Origin: Phoronis australis | Lineage: Eukaryota > Animalia > Phoronida | Length of the DNA: 64,000 bases | Direction of reading: 5' to 3' | NCBI GenBank assembly: GCA_002633005.1 | Contig: NMRA01000125.1 | Coordinates: 839,566 to 903,565, forward strand | In this document: positions 49,918 through 63,616 of the stretch, one piece after another | Layout of the letters: each line of letters begins with the position of its first letter | Numbering within the stretch: position 1 is the first letter of the stretch | Notes under the pieces: model-generated | Told to the model about the DNA's origin: nothing | The model's database searches: none | Seen by the model: the letters and a program-made list of their open reading frames with translations, nothing else | Translations under genes and position numbers: made by a program

Positions 49918-52900
49918 GAATGTACAAAATGCGTCAGTACCTGTATGTTCTGCAATGGTTTCCACAGTCTCAGTGACAAACACAGTTACCCTAGCGATCT
50001 ACATGTATTTATATCCACGGACAGCACACTGATCTCATAATCGAACATGTGCACAAGCACATGTACAACCTACATGTATCAATTCATATCCACCTCTCAA
50101 ACACAAGTCGCCCAAGCTTGTCTACGAACAATAGGGTTAATTCACAAAACGCTTATTCATTTGCGCTTCCGGTAGATTTTCGTTATCGTAAACAGCAGAT
50201 CACATTTTAATTACGGATAACACTCGGGGATGCTATGTAAAAATACTGAAACAATACAGGTAAGACCTCACGTGTTTGAATGTGGAGATAGGTTGTATCA
50301 AAAAGACCACGAATGTATTGTACCGCAATGACGTCTAAAGTAATCTCGTGTCAGCAAAATTTAATTTGGTTTATGTGTACCTGTCAATTCAACATTATAT
50401 TGTAGCTGAAATTACATTATCGGTTTAAATCAATCCAACCATAGTTTCACTGAACAATTTCACAACAATTACATTGGCCAAACACTGAATGGTTGTAGAC
50501 TGCAGCTGTTTTGCACAAGGGAAATTCACTACGTGTATTGGAACAGGTTGTGCGTGCACTGCAGCCACATTGCAGGGAAACGTCCGGAGGAAAGTACGAA
50601 AGGATAGGCCCAATGTAAATTTAGTCTATAAATGTTACCTAACAGAGACTAGGCGGTTCCGCGATCCTGGATCATAAAAATGACATCGAGTAACTTTGCA
50701 ACAAGGACAAGATTGATCAACTCATCGCAATAGTTTTCTTTTAACATTAATTCCATTTTGATGTCCCGTGAGTAACTTCACAACATTGGTTCTGTACTCA
50801 CTAAGTTTGTCGTGAAATGCTCAGTACCGATCAGCTTCACCTATTTTGTAACTCTTCTAATAAGAAGTGAAAGCATCAGTCAGGGACTTGACTGCCGGTA
50901 CAGGTATTTTCGACTTGCACGAAACCGACTGCGCGCAGGTTGGTGGGATCAGGTTCATATTGTAAAGAATAATACATGGGCGGCGCACCTTAAGGGGGCT
51001 GAGGATATAGCAGTGAAAGTTTCAGTGCTGTGCCGCCTATGGTTACATATAGGCAGCGCACCATAAGGGGTTGAGGGTTATCATAGCTCGATCCACACTT
51101 ATTGCAGTCAGTGCCCATGTAATATAGCTACCAATATCGATGAGCATGATCAGGCACGAGAATTTCGCGACGTGTCTCATATTTCCCAAAGTGTTGTGCT
51201 TTCTTAAATTTCATATTTGTGTCTACGAATTTCCGTCCAGACATATCATGGGCGCCATAGGGGGCTGGGAGGGCGTGGGCTATGCCCCCCCCACTTATTT
51301 CAGTGCCGCTGCGCCGCCAATGCTTATTACAAAATGTACAATATCCGCAGCGTTTTGTATTAATAGCAGGTACGGGTGCAGCAATGTCGCGATTTAACTC
51401 AGCTGCATACAGGTCGACCTATGAACGCTGGGCCGACTTGATCTTCTGAGCAGCGCCAGCCTATATATATAGAGACATGCGTCATCAGCTGAACCTGGTT
51501 GCTTTAGAAGCCGGTGGAGTGCAACAATTAACGACATCACATTACTGATCAGTGCCCAAGCACGTTGCCATGGTTGGTGACCGAATGCACCAGATGACGT
51601 GCAACAATCAGGAATCGAGCATACTCGAAAAAAAAATTATCTCGAAATTATTTTTGACATTTTCCATTGACCCTTAGCACACAATCGAGACACTGCGTTT
51701 AGTTTCCAGTGCTCGATACGGTTAATGATAATGGGTGTTTAGACCACGTGCGCACTTGATGACCCCTACAATGAGATTCCGCGGGCTACAAACCCGAGTA
51801 AAGAATTAAGATTTCGAGTTGACTCAAACATCTACGGTGTTATAACACTGGGGTAATCATGTGCAAGCCATGGTTACACAGTCATCTAACTAAACGTGAA
51901 CTCGAGACCAGAATAATAGACACTTAGTTTGAGTCCGCACATAAGTAGAACTGAAAAGGTAAACATAATTTCTAGTACAATTAAACTTAGACCCCGGCCG
52001 ACGAGCCCTGAGATGTCTTCATAAAAAGTGACTCAGGACTTTAGAAATTTGAGCTGACACTCCACACAACACTTTCAGAAAAATAATAAAATCTCACTGT
52101 AGGAAAATACAAAGTCTCTGCTCGTTATCGAGCTTATTCGAATGAATTATTCCAAAGGTTGTAATGTATAAATAATAACACGGTTGAATCTGTCTTTAGT
52201 AACTGTGTGGCGGCGTACATGTAAGACCACACTTCTGCCTTAGTCAATTTTCACCAGACTCCTGAGCTGTTGCGTGAAGTGAGTTTCTTGCGAGAAAAGT
52301 GAGACCGTACGAGAGATCGCCACGCATTAACAGCGAAGCACATGGGATTGATCTACTAGATCAAGTTTACTCGCGAGTGTCTTGCGACCACGGAACGTAG
52401 GCCTACCTCAGATTTGCAACGCAGTCATGCAAGTTTTTTAAACACTACAGCCCATACATGGACATTCAAGTTCATATGAGAGCATACAACACTCCTTGTC
52501 GGCATAAAATGAGCAGGAACAATTACACATTACCCCATTAATCACAACACTGTGTATAGCCACTTGGTCGGCGTAATGGCAGTCATTCCAAGACTGCGCA
52601 TAAACTTATAATTTTCTCATTGAAATATAAACATGTATATGCCATACGGTATAGCCTTGACTTGTAAGTTTCTTTATAACCATGTTTGAACTTCGAAATG
52701 CTAACGAGAAGACCAGACTTAAAAATGGGAATGAGGGACGATAAAGGGAAAGGGCAGGAAGGCCGAAAACAAGAGGACAGGGGAGATTATATGGGAAAAA
52801 CGGGGTTGTGACGTACTTGTATCTCTTACTTCACTTTACGGGTGTTACCTGAGCTGTATGTTGGCACTTGCTGTCCTTTGTAAATAATTATCCTGATGAT

Positions 52901-53865
52901 GTCTAATGAATAGACGGAACGCTGATTGAACATGAACTTTTTTATTTGTGCGGCGATCGTCCATTTTTTAATGGAAAGAGTTATTAAGTGCCACTGTTTT
53001 GTTGCGTGTCTAACGTTAGCCGTCACCACTGCCCTTTAAACATGTACGCTTTCACGAATAACAACAAATCAAATTTCAGTTAAAAGTAACTTTTCTCCAC
53101 TGAGAAAATGTGGATTAATCGTTATTCGACGCAGTTGCTCAGCGGTATAGTGAACGATACTTCTCACTAAGTTGATGCTCACTGCAGTTTTAATGGCCGC
53201 ATACTAATAAATCACTAGGCTGAATCGAAGATGTCACATGTACTTTTACAACCCGGTCGTCCTTACACTGCTCGTCCTTTCCTCACTTCGATTTTTCTGG
53301 TGTGGCGTTTTCATCGTCCTAGCTTCACGTCATATTGGACGATGAAGCCTCATGATCACTGTATAAAACAATTTTGCGCTGAAGGAATCGATACACCCAC
53401 CTACAGTGAAATGCGCAGTATTCACTTTTTATACTACGCCAACAGCACGTGTCGTTATTCCTTATTGAAAGTAAGTTGAATTGTCCATAGCAATGCACTA
53501 TTAGGGTTTCTCGTAGCCTTGTTCTTTTGTGTTCGTATTGTCTATTGTTTAATGAATGCAGTGAAGGTGTAACATAATTTTTTGATATTTTTCTGTGTTG
53601 GCCTCGGATTTTCATGTGCCGGGTTATTTTATTAACCCTTTTTACAACGTTTGTGTTTTACTGAATGTGTTTTTTTTAGTTTTACAGGAGGCCTTTCTCA
53701 AAAGATCTATCAACTTATCCACCATCTGAAGCCCAGCTCAGAAATCTAAGTCACGTTCAATTTGACGCCAGCTGGAGAGCAGAGCAAAACCAAACTACGA
53801 TTATTCCAGCAAGACTTGAAAAAGCTTAGCGTAATACACCCTTACGGCCAAGTCGTGATCTTAGG

Positions 53866-53875
53866 CACACACTCA

Positions 53876-53910
<35 letters not shown>
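53866..53910. repeat. (CT)n/(CA)n microsatellite
   Basis: Direct inspection. Confidence 0.9.
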
Positions 53911-53911
<1 letters not shown>

Positions 53912-56900
53912 GCAGCAGAACACATCAATCACCTTATCGTGGTTTCAGCAAGACTTCTTACCTGAACATTCACGTGTTTACCGGGCCAAATTAGTCCGTG
54001 AACGTCTCCCTCCCACACACTTTGCTCCTGGAACGGTTTAACTTCAAGATTGATCACCTAGACTCTTCACCGCGATCAGATTCCGTCATTGTTTCACATT
54101 AGATTCCAGTTAAAACACAGACTGGACTCGGCTGCATTTCATTAATGCGGGATCAGCTGCTTCGTGTGACGTCACGTCTTGGAGAAAATCTATTAATGAG
54201 CTAACAACCGGGCGGACGGTAAACTCAGGCATAACAGGATGGCTGAGATGTTAACAGTTTTATCGACCCGTCCATCGTCATTTCTAATGTACAACAGGCT
54301 TTGGGGTACTAGGGTGAGGCTATTTTTTCAAATTTGATGAGTATTTGACGAAAAATAGTTTACACAATTGAACTGCTGGATAAAGACTGCAAACAGAAAA
54401 AAAAAAAAAATGTTAACTCCACTCGGCAGTAGAGTTCAACAATTAGGTAAAACTATAGGCCTCCACAATAAGAAACAGTGCAAACATTTAATATGCATTT
54501 CATTTCGTCCTAAGCGCAGATATTAATTTCCTGCCTCAAGGAAAAAATATATTAGCTGCGCTTTGCACGTCTTGTACTTGAAATCAATAAAACAAAAAGG
54601 TCACAAAGGAAGTGATCTGGGAATCGAAAGACCAAGCTCGTAGCTGGGGTTTCCGTGCGCCTGCACTTCGCGAGACTACTAGTCAGTCAGCGCGCCATGC
54701 GGCAATTAAGTGCTGAATACAACCCGGCGTATCTCGTGTGTCCGGCGAGCTATACACTATATAGTGACGCGGACTGGCCATCCGGCTTTTCACAGAATAA
54801 ATCGCAACCAAGCCATACATGTCTCGTTGTTGAAATAGGCCCATGAGCTGACTTCAAACACACATGCATTTTGGGGTAGAATGCTGATAAGCCAAGCAAA
54901 GTGCTTCTATTGTGGTAGTGAAACAATTAAGGGAAGGCTCTAGAGTTCCGCTCGAGATACATACTCATTGTCTGACGGAAATATTCACTGAGCTGTTTAA
55001 CAGTGGCAATATTGTTTATGCTGTAAGGGGCTTTGCGAATGCAGAACGGAGATAACTTAGATGACAATTTGTTTGGGGTGAAGGAAGCCAGACTACCGGG
55101 GTAAAAAAATATGTTTACAGAAAGTATTCTAGAATTAGTATTTGGCGTTCACCAGTGGTAAAAATTTTAATTATCTTTACCACCACGAGGAAACCAATGC
55201 ATTCTCCGCTTTGATATCATGCGGTATTGACGTAAACGTCATTGATTAGGCCTCGCGCGCCGGTACATTTACCTCAGTGGCTCAGATGCCATGAGCGAGT
55301 CCAGCAAGTTAAGTTGGACGCCGGCATGACAATGACCGAAAGCAAAGACAGGCACTGTGCGACACCTTCCCAAAACTTACTGAAAAGGGAATGTAGGCGC
55401 CACGTTGTCCGCTTATTTTTTAGCTAGGTAGATACGTCCCACTGAAGAAAATACTAAATCTCAGGCTCTAGGTGCCTTTCATCATAGCACATTGACGTAA
55501 GACTTGAAGTTCGATTTGTAGGCTTTAGAAAATATTGTTACTGCAGTACGTATTACATCTGTACATTTATGTATACAAACACTGAGTACTGGTGGATGTC
55601 ATCTTCAAAGCGCCGCACAGTCAGTTTACCGAAGTCTCGAGGAGATACGCCGCCCGCGCACAAAGGCAATAATATGCGCATACATGTGCTGGTAACTTGC
55701 TCGATCGCGGGTTCTGATGGCTCACCATTGAACTAATCAACCTATTTGTTTCCATAGAGGGGGCAAAACTTTCCTCTGAATCAAGTCCGTAGTAATTAGC
55801 TTCGACATGTTTTTGAACTCAACGGAGAAAATTCATGCATAACTATACACTCAGTGTAGTTTTTTACTTACTAACGTTGTAACCTAAAAGCCCGAGTGTA
55901 TTCCTAAAGTCGCGTCACCAGAGGGCAGTCGAATCCGGCCACACCGCCAGTATAGTCGGTATCGCATCGAACTGACCACCCGTTCAGTTTTTACACAACA
56001 AGCTTTCCCCATAACAAATTTTGAAGTACTCTTAAGATTCTTCCGGTGGAAATTTCAACTAATTTTGCCATAATCACAACTTTGAATACAGTTAGTCTTC
56101 AAGCGTGCCGATCAAAGCTGTTATTATTGTACGGGAGTCATTTCTCGCATCCTGTCACAAGTGGGGACATGTGTCTTGATATCATTGCGACGATTTCATG
56201 AAAACGTGAGGATTTATTGGACAACTGTGTGCCTTCCCACGTGGATATAATTTACCTCTCTGCTATAAACATGAATGTTTCGTTGTTGATGCAGCGCTTC
56301 CGTAATCACCGACTATTTACCATCGGATGCTGCACTGCCACAAATTTGTACATGTTAATGTGCCAAATTCTATGGGTTCTGAGTGGGGCTTGAATCGCAC
56401 CACATAATACATGTACGTCTGTGTTTTTATTATCAATGCAACTACATTATTCTCCCCGGCAGATGCACATGTTCATCGTATTCTATGACCTGTCTGTCAC
56501 ACACTGACTGTCAGTCTTCTACAAACTACATGTAGACGTGACGTGACAGTACAAGTCACCTGTGATTTCTGAAACTCCGTCAATCATTTTGAAAAGCAAA
56601 TTATTTCATAGTATAATATGCCAGGTAATAGATTAGTATTTTATTGACCAACGTGCACAAAACTGTTCAACTGCTTCAGCTCCATACTTGAATGAGACCA
56701 CCATGGAAACAGGTTTCTAGCGTTATGGTGATTTCCCGTTTTATTCATGTGGTTGTGTGTCGCACCCGCTCTACATGCGTTTAACAGAATATAGCGAATT
56801 AAACCAAAATTGAATGTAAGCACTGACCTATAAGATCCCGGCACTCGGATTTCAAATGCAGTCAGTTCACGCGTGTCCGTGAGACCCACGTTGGTGTCGT

Positions 56901-58734
56901 CCTCTACCTGGCCCACGTCCGTGAACATATGTTGCACACCTGGCAGACCAATTAGGAGGAACAAATTTTGATTTGAATTCAACCCAGCTTAAGACACAAG
57001 CTATCTACCTTAAGAAGGACATCTTGTGATCTTGGATTAACCTAATACTTACATGTACATGTAAAGCAATAAGCGACAGTGCCATCGTTGAAAACCTTTT
57101 TTACTTCATTGGTGTGGAACTTTCATTTGCTTTTCAACTATAAGGTGTTAGCGTCCCTAATTACACATGGTGAAATCATGGACGGATTAGAGTTGATTGG
57201 ATTGATTACTTCAAAGGGAACACTTTCCGCCGCCAACTAGATTTACTCCAAGCAATCACAATGGTCTACATTAACTATGGCATTTTTCAACACCAGAAAT
57301 TGGGTCAAACAGAGGTCAGTTCTGTGTTCCCACTCACACCACTAAAGAGTTGCACATCGTATATTTCAAATGATATAACGCTCTGCATATTAAGAGAAAA
57401 AAAAACAAGCAAGAAATATATTTTTGGAGATAGCACAGTTTGCAGCTGAAAGAAGATACCCACGCCCAGCTCTAGAAAAATAAACTCTGAGTGGTGTAGA
57501 CAAGAGCAGGAACTCACTGAGTGACACAACAACACATTGTAGTTACTCCCGTATTATTGTCAGGTTGGTACACCTCTTATACGCCAAAGGTAGATATCTG
57601 TGGATCATTTGTACAATGTCAGATTTTAGCCAAACCATCTAATACACAAAAGATAAAGAAAAAAGTCCATGATGAAATTCATATTATCATATTAAGTTTA
57701 GGTCTCCATACATTCGGACATGCTTTGAAGAGCACCACCAGCTGTGTTAAGAAAACAAACCAAGAGAACAAGGCTACAAAACAACATCTCATCTTCTCAG
57801 TATAGAATGCCAATTAGATGCCAAGCATACAAGATATATCAAGGTGCAGATGGGTTGAAGTATTGTGCTTGTTGTTGAGCTAGAGTTACTGGGCTGCATA
57901 AAGGTTGAAAGACAATGGAACTCAAGACAGCCTGCCAGAGTTGGGTTTTGATTAATGGCAAAATATGAATGTGGATGCCATCATTCGCCAAAATAGTGAA
58001 CACAGGTGGCAATTGTATTTGACATTGAAGCCATTCTGATAACATTCCTTAGTTTTGGCCTCAGCAAAACCCAATGCAGAGCCTATCATTTACGATAAAC
58101 CCAGCGTATACTATGTGCCTGCATACAATGGAAGGTTAATTTCTATACAGCTCATTTCACATATCATTTCTTCAAAATGGCCGGTGTTGAGAGGCTGAGA
58201 CTAAGCGTCACACTTGGCAAATAATAATTTCATTGAACACGGGATGTAACACTTGACACAGACATCGCAATTAACTTCATCAAAATTGGGGAAGCTTAAA
58301 TACTACCAAAGTGTACAACTACTGCAAGAACTTGGAATCTCACCAGTGAACAATATATTTCACTAAAAATTAGGTTGTCTCACCCGATGTGTGACCACTC
58401 TATCTCATTCCCAAAGTTACAAGGGCAACTTATGTGAAATCACACAACATCATGCTAATAAAGGCGAGATCTCACAAGGGTTTCACTAGCAACCATGTCA
58501 CCTTACTGACAAACTCTAACAAACTGACCACCATTGAAAGTGATTGGACCACAATACGGGAATGTTGCATCAGGACAATTTTCTCACTAGAAGTGTCTTG
58601 AGCATGACCAGCACTGAATGACCCATGTGAGTGCATAGACAAGACGGGCGCAGACTGGCATCACTGGTATGTGAGAAGCCTCACCGTGGCCAATGCCAGA
58701 ATGAAGGTCAGCTAAACACAACATTCCTATGTTA

Positions 58735-59072
58735 CTATTTTTCTAGTTCTGATGTCTTTCCAACTTCATCACTCTTCTCGATAATGCTTAAATTTTTTGC
58801 GGCCTCAAACATTTCCAGCAACTGTTCCGTGCCAGTGACCTCCAGCTTAGGGGCTTTGAAACGTTCAAAATCGGGAAACTCAATAAGGTTCAACGAGGTG
58901 TCCTTATTCGTGAATGGGGTCCAGGTCCCTTGAATACTGGGTGTCTCTGTTCGCCAGTACTTGCGTAGTCTCACAGTTTTAACTCCTGACTGTGTGCGTA
59001 AAAGCTCAACCCATTTACAAATGTCCTCCATGTTATAATTGCGACACTGCACAGCGTGAGTATTGCCATTCA
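58735..59072 (-). CDS. MRPL43: 39S mitochondrial ribosomal protein L43, last coding exon
   Basis: TTTTGCAG acceptor, phase 1. LNGNTHAVQCRNYNMEDICKWVELLRTQSG...RLRKYWRTETPSIQGTWTPFTN contains the mL43 signature T..PSIQG.W.PF. Stop TAG. Confidence 0.93.
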
Positions 59073-59353
59073 CTGCAAAAGAAAAAAACATACCGGTAGT
59101 CCATGATCACAAGCCAAACAAAACTATGAAAAATACTATAGTTTGGGACACAATGTCAGTTCAGACTGGTATCATAGCAGAGACTACACAGATCCAATCA
59201 ATTCTGGCTTATTACTTGTCATAGAAATGAATTTGAGTAACTTAGACTGGCTCTCCCAACAAGAGCACTCATTGGTTTCTTGATCACAATAATTTTCTTT
59301 TGCTTCCAATTTCATGGTGATGTCAGCTGGGTAATGACAGAAGTTATAATCTC

Positions 59354-59633
59354 AGTGTCTGTGTATACGGCTATTGTGTTTAGTACATGCACAGCACTGA
59401 CATGACACTTACACGTATCACACTAGTCAATGTCTGTGTATACTGCGTTGATGGTTAGTTCACAGTATTAAATAGACAGCACTGACATGACACTATAGCA
59501 CTAGTCAGTGTCTGTGTATACTGCACTGATGGTTATTTCATAGTGAATGCACAGCACTGACATGACACTATCACACTATTCAGTGTCTGTGTATACTGCA
59601 CTGGTGGATATTTCATAGTAAATGCACAGCACT
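59354..59633. repeat. ~75-bp x ~3.7 tandem repeat in MRPL43 intron
   Basis: Recurring CAGTGTCTGTGTATAC...ACAGCACTGACATGACACT units. Confidence 0.85.
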
Positions 59634-60033
59634 TCACGTGACACCAATCACACCAGTCAACTCAAGTGACTATCCAAATAAGGAAGTCAACACAGGAACT
59701 TTCAACTCACATGAAGCAGACAGGAGACGGGAACAATGCTACATGGTAGACAAGAGGAATTCTAAATTGAACTTCTTTAAAAATAACTCCTTAAGGAAGT
59801 GCTGGGATATGCAATACGGGTTTCTAAAGGAGTACCGGAACATTTTTCTGAAAGAATCCCAAGGGCACTTTTTGGATGCAGTCAGTTTGGAAAAATGAAA
59901 ATCCCTGGCACCAGAACTTTCCGGAACCAGTGTGGTGCTTTAATTCTTATTGAAATGGCATATTAACTTTTTTAGTTCATTCACTATCAATATCATGCAG
60001 CCCTATTTATTATCAAAACATAACATAACTTAC

Positions 60034-60140
60034 AATAGTCACCAACGAGCCGAGGGTCTCGGTGGCGCCGGGGTTGAAGATAAACTGCAATACCAGGGTT
60101 CCGTCTGGCAAAGTCCAGCAATTCATTTTCGATGAAATCT
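60034..60140 (-). CDS. MRPL43: MRPL43 internal exon (copy 1); first exon lies beyond the window
   Basis: TTTCCAG acceptor and GTAAGT donor, 107 nt, phase 2/1. Encodes (R)DFIENELLDFARRNPGIAVYLQPRRHRDPRLVGDY(L). Confidence 0.9.
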
Positions 60141-60284
60141 CTGGAAATAGAATATTCAGGGTATTTATTAAACAGAATTGAAGAAGTTACCCACAGTTCC
60201 TGTGGCGATTTTACCGAAGCAAAAGACGTGATGTGCAGCTTTCTCATCAGTGCTATCTGTTGCCAAGAGCATATAAAAGAAGCG

Positions 60285-60357
60285 ATTGCAGACGTCCACA
60301 TATTGCAGACGTCCACATATTGCAGACGTCCACATATTGCAGACGTCCACATATTGC
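60285..60357. repeat. 17-bp VNTR (ATTGCAGACGTCCACAT) x4
   Basis: Four copies here; three copies in the duplicate near 61549-61604. Confidence 0.9.
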
Positions 60358-61297
60358 CAATATGAATAAATATAACAAGCGAAAGCATGGGTACCAGCTG
60401 ATCGCAAGATGAACTATTCATGGAGACTAATGCACCCATAACTTATAGAGCAGTGGTGAGAAAGTGTACTTATGTTTGATTTTTTGGCTCAAAAGAAAGG
60501 GGAAAACGCCATGCAAGTCAGTAAAACAGACATAGTGACTATTTTATTGTAGGTTGAAAAACATAAAAGTTAGCAATGCACTCGGAAACCATTGTTTGTT
60601 TGTAAACAGTGAAGTCTTGTACTAAGGCGTAATGAATGGTTTGTAAACATTACGTTGTCCCCATGTAAGATCATGTAGAAACAGACAATAAAGAGTGCAC
60701 AAATTCTCTCATAACAAAACACGAATGACATGAGACAAAACATAGGGGATAACTGCTGTGAAGCCAAGTAAGTAAGAAGTGTGGCAGCGACAGGTCTGAA
60801 GAATTATATTATGTGATGGAAGCCAGAAGGAGAGAAATTTAACAAATGGACTGACGTCACCCAGGCTATTAAGTCGATGGATTGACGTCACCAAGGCCGG
60901 CCAAAAGCCAGTACGAAACTGGCCAGTCTCCTTCCGCATCTGTAAAAAGGTGGCCCGCGAGGAAAAAAGAACACTTCAAATCTAAATAAAGGGGTGGTGC
61001 ATTACCTGGTGCCGAAATGGGCGCAACGAATGTCTGAAGTGGGGCAAGAGAGACGGAATTTGTGTGAACTATCCGGCAAAGGCCAACAAAAACAACGTTG
61101 GTTCCTGGTATTTACATCTGCTCATTTNCTTTTTGGATGCAAAGTCAGTTTTGAAAAATGAAAATCCCTGGCATCAGAACTTTCCGGGACCAGTGTGGTG
61201 CTTTAATTCTTATTGAACTGGCATATTAACTCTTTTAAGTTCATTCACTATCAATATCATGCAGCCCTATTTATCATCAAAACATAACATAACTTAC

Positions 61298-61404
61298 AAT
61301 AGTCACCAACGAGCCGAGGGTCTCGGTGGCGCCGGGGTTGAAGATAAACTGCAATACCAGGGTTCCGTCTGGCAAAGTCCAGCAATTCATTTTCGATGAA
61401 ATCT
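61298..61404 (-). CDS. MRPL43: MRPL43 internal exon (copy 2, likely assembly duplicate)
   Basis: Identical 107-nt exon and splice sites. Confidence 0.75.
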
Positions 61405-63511
61405 CTGGAAATAGAGTATTTAGGGTATTTATTAAACAGAATTGAAGAAGTTACTCACAGTTCCTGGGGCGATTATACTGAAGCAAGAGACGTGATGTGC
61501 AGCTTTCTCATCAGTGCTATCTATTATCATGAGCATATAAAAGAAGCGATTGCAGACGTCCACATATTGCAGACGTCCACATATTGCAGACGTCCACATA
61601 TTGCCAATATGAATAAATATAACAAGCAAAAGCATGGGTACCAGCTGATCGCAAGATGAACTATTCATGAAGACTAATGCACCCATAACTTATAGAGCAG
61701 TGGAGAGAAAGTGTGTACTTATGTTTGATTTTTTGGCTCAAAAGAAAGGGGAAAACGCCATGCAAGTCAGTAAAACAGACATAGTGACTATTTTATTGTA
61801 GGTTGTAAAACATAAAAGTTAGCAAGGCACTCGGAAACCATTGTTTGTTTGTAAACAGTGAAGTCTTGTACTAAGGCGTAATGAATGGTTTGTAAACATT
61901 ACGTTGTCCCCATGTAAGATCATGTAGAAACAGACAATAAAGAGTGCACAAATTCTCTCATAACAAAACACGAATGACATGAGACAAAACATAGGGGATA
62001 ACTGCTGTGAAGCCAAGTAAGTAAGAAGTGTGGCAGCGACAGGTCTGAAGAATTATATTATGTGATGGAAGCCAGAAGGAGAGAAATTTAACAAATGGAC
62101 CGACGTCACCCAGGCTATTAAGTCGATGGATTGACGTCACCAAGGCCGGCCAAAAGCCAGTACGAAACTGGCCAGTCTCCTTCCGCATCTGTAAAAAGGT
62201 GGCCCGCGAGGAAAAAAGAACACTTCAAATCTAAATAAAGGGGTGGTGCATTACCTGGTGCCGAAATGGGCGCAACGAATGTCTGAAGTGGGGCAAGAGA
62301 GACGGAATTTGTGTGAACTATCCGGCAAAGGCCAACAAAAACAACGTTGGTTCCTGGTATTTACATCTGCTCATTTCGAAGCCTGTGCTCAGGAACTAAA
62401 ATTTAAAAAAAAATCTGCCTGTATCAATTTTAGTCAAGGTTTTCCATACATTTTTGAAAAGCTGCACAAGGGCATGTAAAGTCAGGGTTGAACAAAGTTC
62501 GAAATGACATGATTTGACAAGCAATGAGTAAAAAAAATCCCACCTCATTTTTGCTCTTAGGATTTTTTAGAAAAAGTGAGCTAAAAAATACCACAACAGC
62601 AACTGGATTTTCAGAAACACAAAAGACCAGAACCAATTAAGGGTTTTTGTGCTATTCTATAATAAAAATTCCTAAATTCCTCTCAGGCTCTTCAGTGCAA
62701 GCACTCAAATGTGATAATCAAGATTTAAGCAGTTCTGGGCACTAATAACCAACAAGGCAAACGTTAAAGAAAAGATTAGTTTCAAAAATCATTTTTATAG
62801 AAAGTCAACACGTAATCCTTGTCAAGGCCTAATTTTACTATCAATTTTTCTGACTACAAAATAATACATCTTGCTTAGACAGATCACATTTTACAGTCTA
62901 CTGCCAAGACCTCAATTTAGAAGCTGACAACTAGGTATTTTCAAGATTGTGCCAATTTATCCTTCTACACTGCCCGACTCTGTACTGTATTGTACTAGTA
63001 CACCTGCTACGAAGAATTTGTTAAAACAGCAATACACCTGCCTTCCACCATGTAGTATTAGCTCTGTAATGTAGTGTCATCTTTTGGAGAACTTTAGTAC
63101 TTCGTCTGTCTGTTCTGACTCCAGTAATATAAGTGTGTTATATTTCGTCGGCTTGTGAAATCTATCAGATCAATACATAGTGAAAAATTTAATTGACAGC
63201 ACCTAAAGTAAATGTAGTTAGTCTCCAAATGTTTGTTTCATAGTCATATTCTTTGGTAGTGATTCTGGACGTGGAGGGGGCCTCCAAAAACTGATACTTT
63301 GTTATAACTAGAGATCAGGCTTTACAAGTTAGTAATTTATGTGCTGAGCATGTGCTCTGCCAAAACAAACTATCAGTGCATTGCAAACCCTGCAAGGAAC
63401 AACATGAGGACATTTTTATTGCTCAGGATGTGGTAAAAATGCAAAAATTCTTTGACAAAAACACAGGTTTGTAGTCGCTTCAACCAAGTTCTCAAGTGTT
63501 TTGAAGAGGCT

Positions 63512-63616
63512 TAGTTTGGACTATGATTCTAAAATCAGGGCTCTACATAACGAGCTGTTTTGAATAGGTCTAGTCTGGACTATGATTCTGAAGCAGGGCT
63601 CAACATAATGAGCTGC
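63512..63616. repeat. Degenerate ~58-bp tandem duplication
   Basis: TAGT.TGGACTATGATTCT.AA..CAGGGCTC.ACATAA.GAGCTG occurs twice. Confidence 0.7.

Larger units (their letters stand above)
59868..62376. repeat. ~1.25-kb tandem duplication (59868-61127 / 61129-62376) joined by a single N; probable uncollapsed haplotypes
   Basis: Near-identical copies, N at 61128, and a 17-bp VNTR with 4 versus 3 units. Confidence 0.9.

Noticed and set aside
49075-50040. His-, Ile-, Ser- and Met-rich ORFs
   Set aside because: They are translations of a (GAT)n microsatellite and an N-gap.
56641-56982. 113-aa minus-strand ORF with an exon-like core (~56829-56939)
   Set aside because: Plausible splice sites, but no partner exons or recognisable homology; not enough to call.
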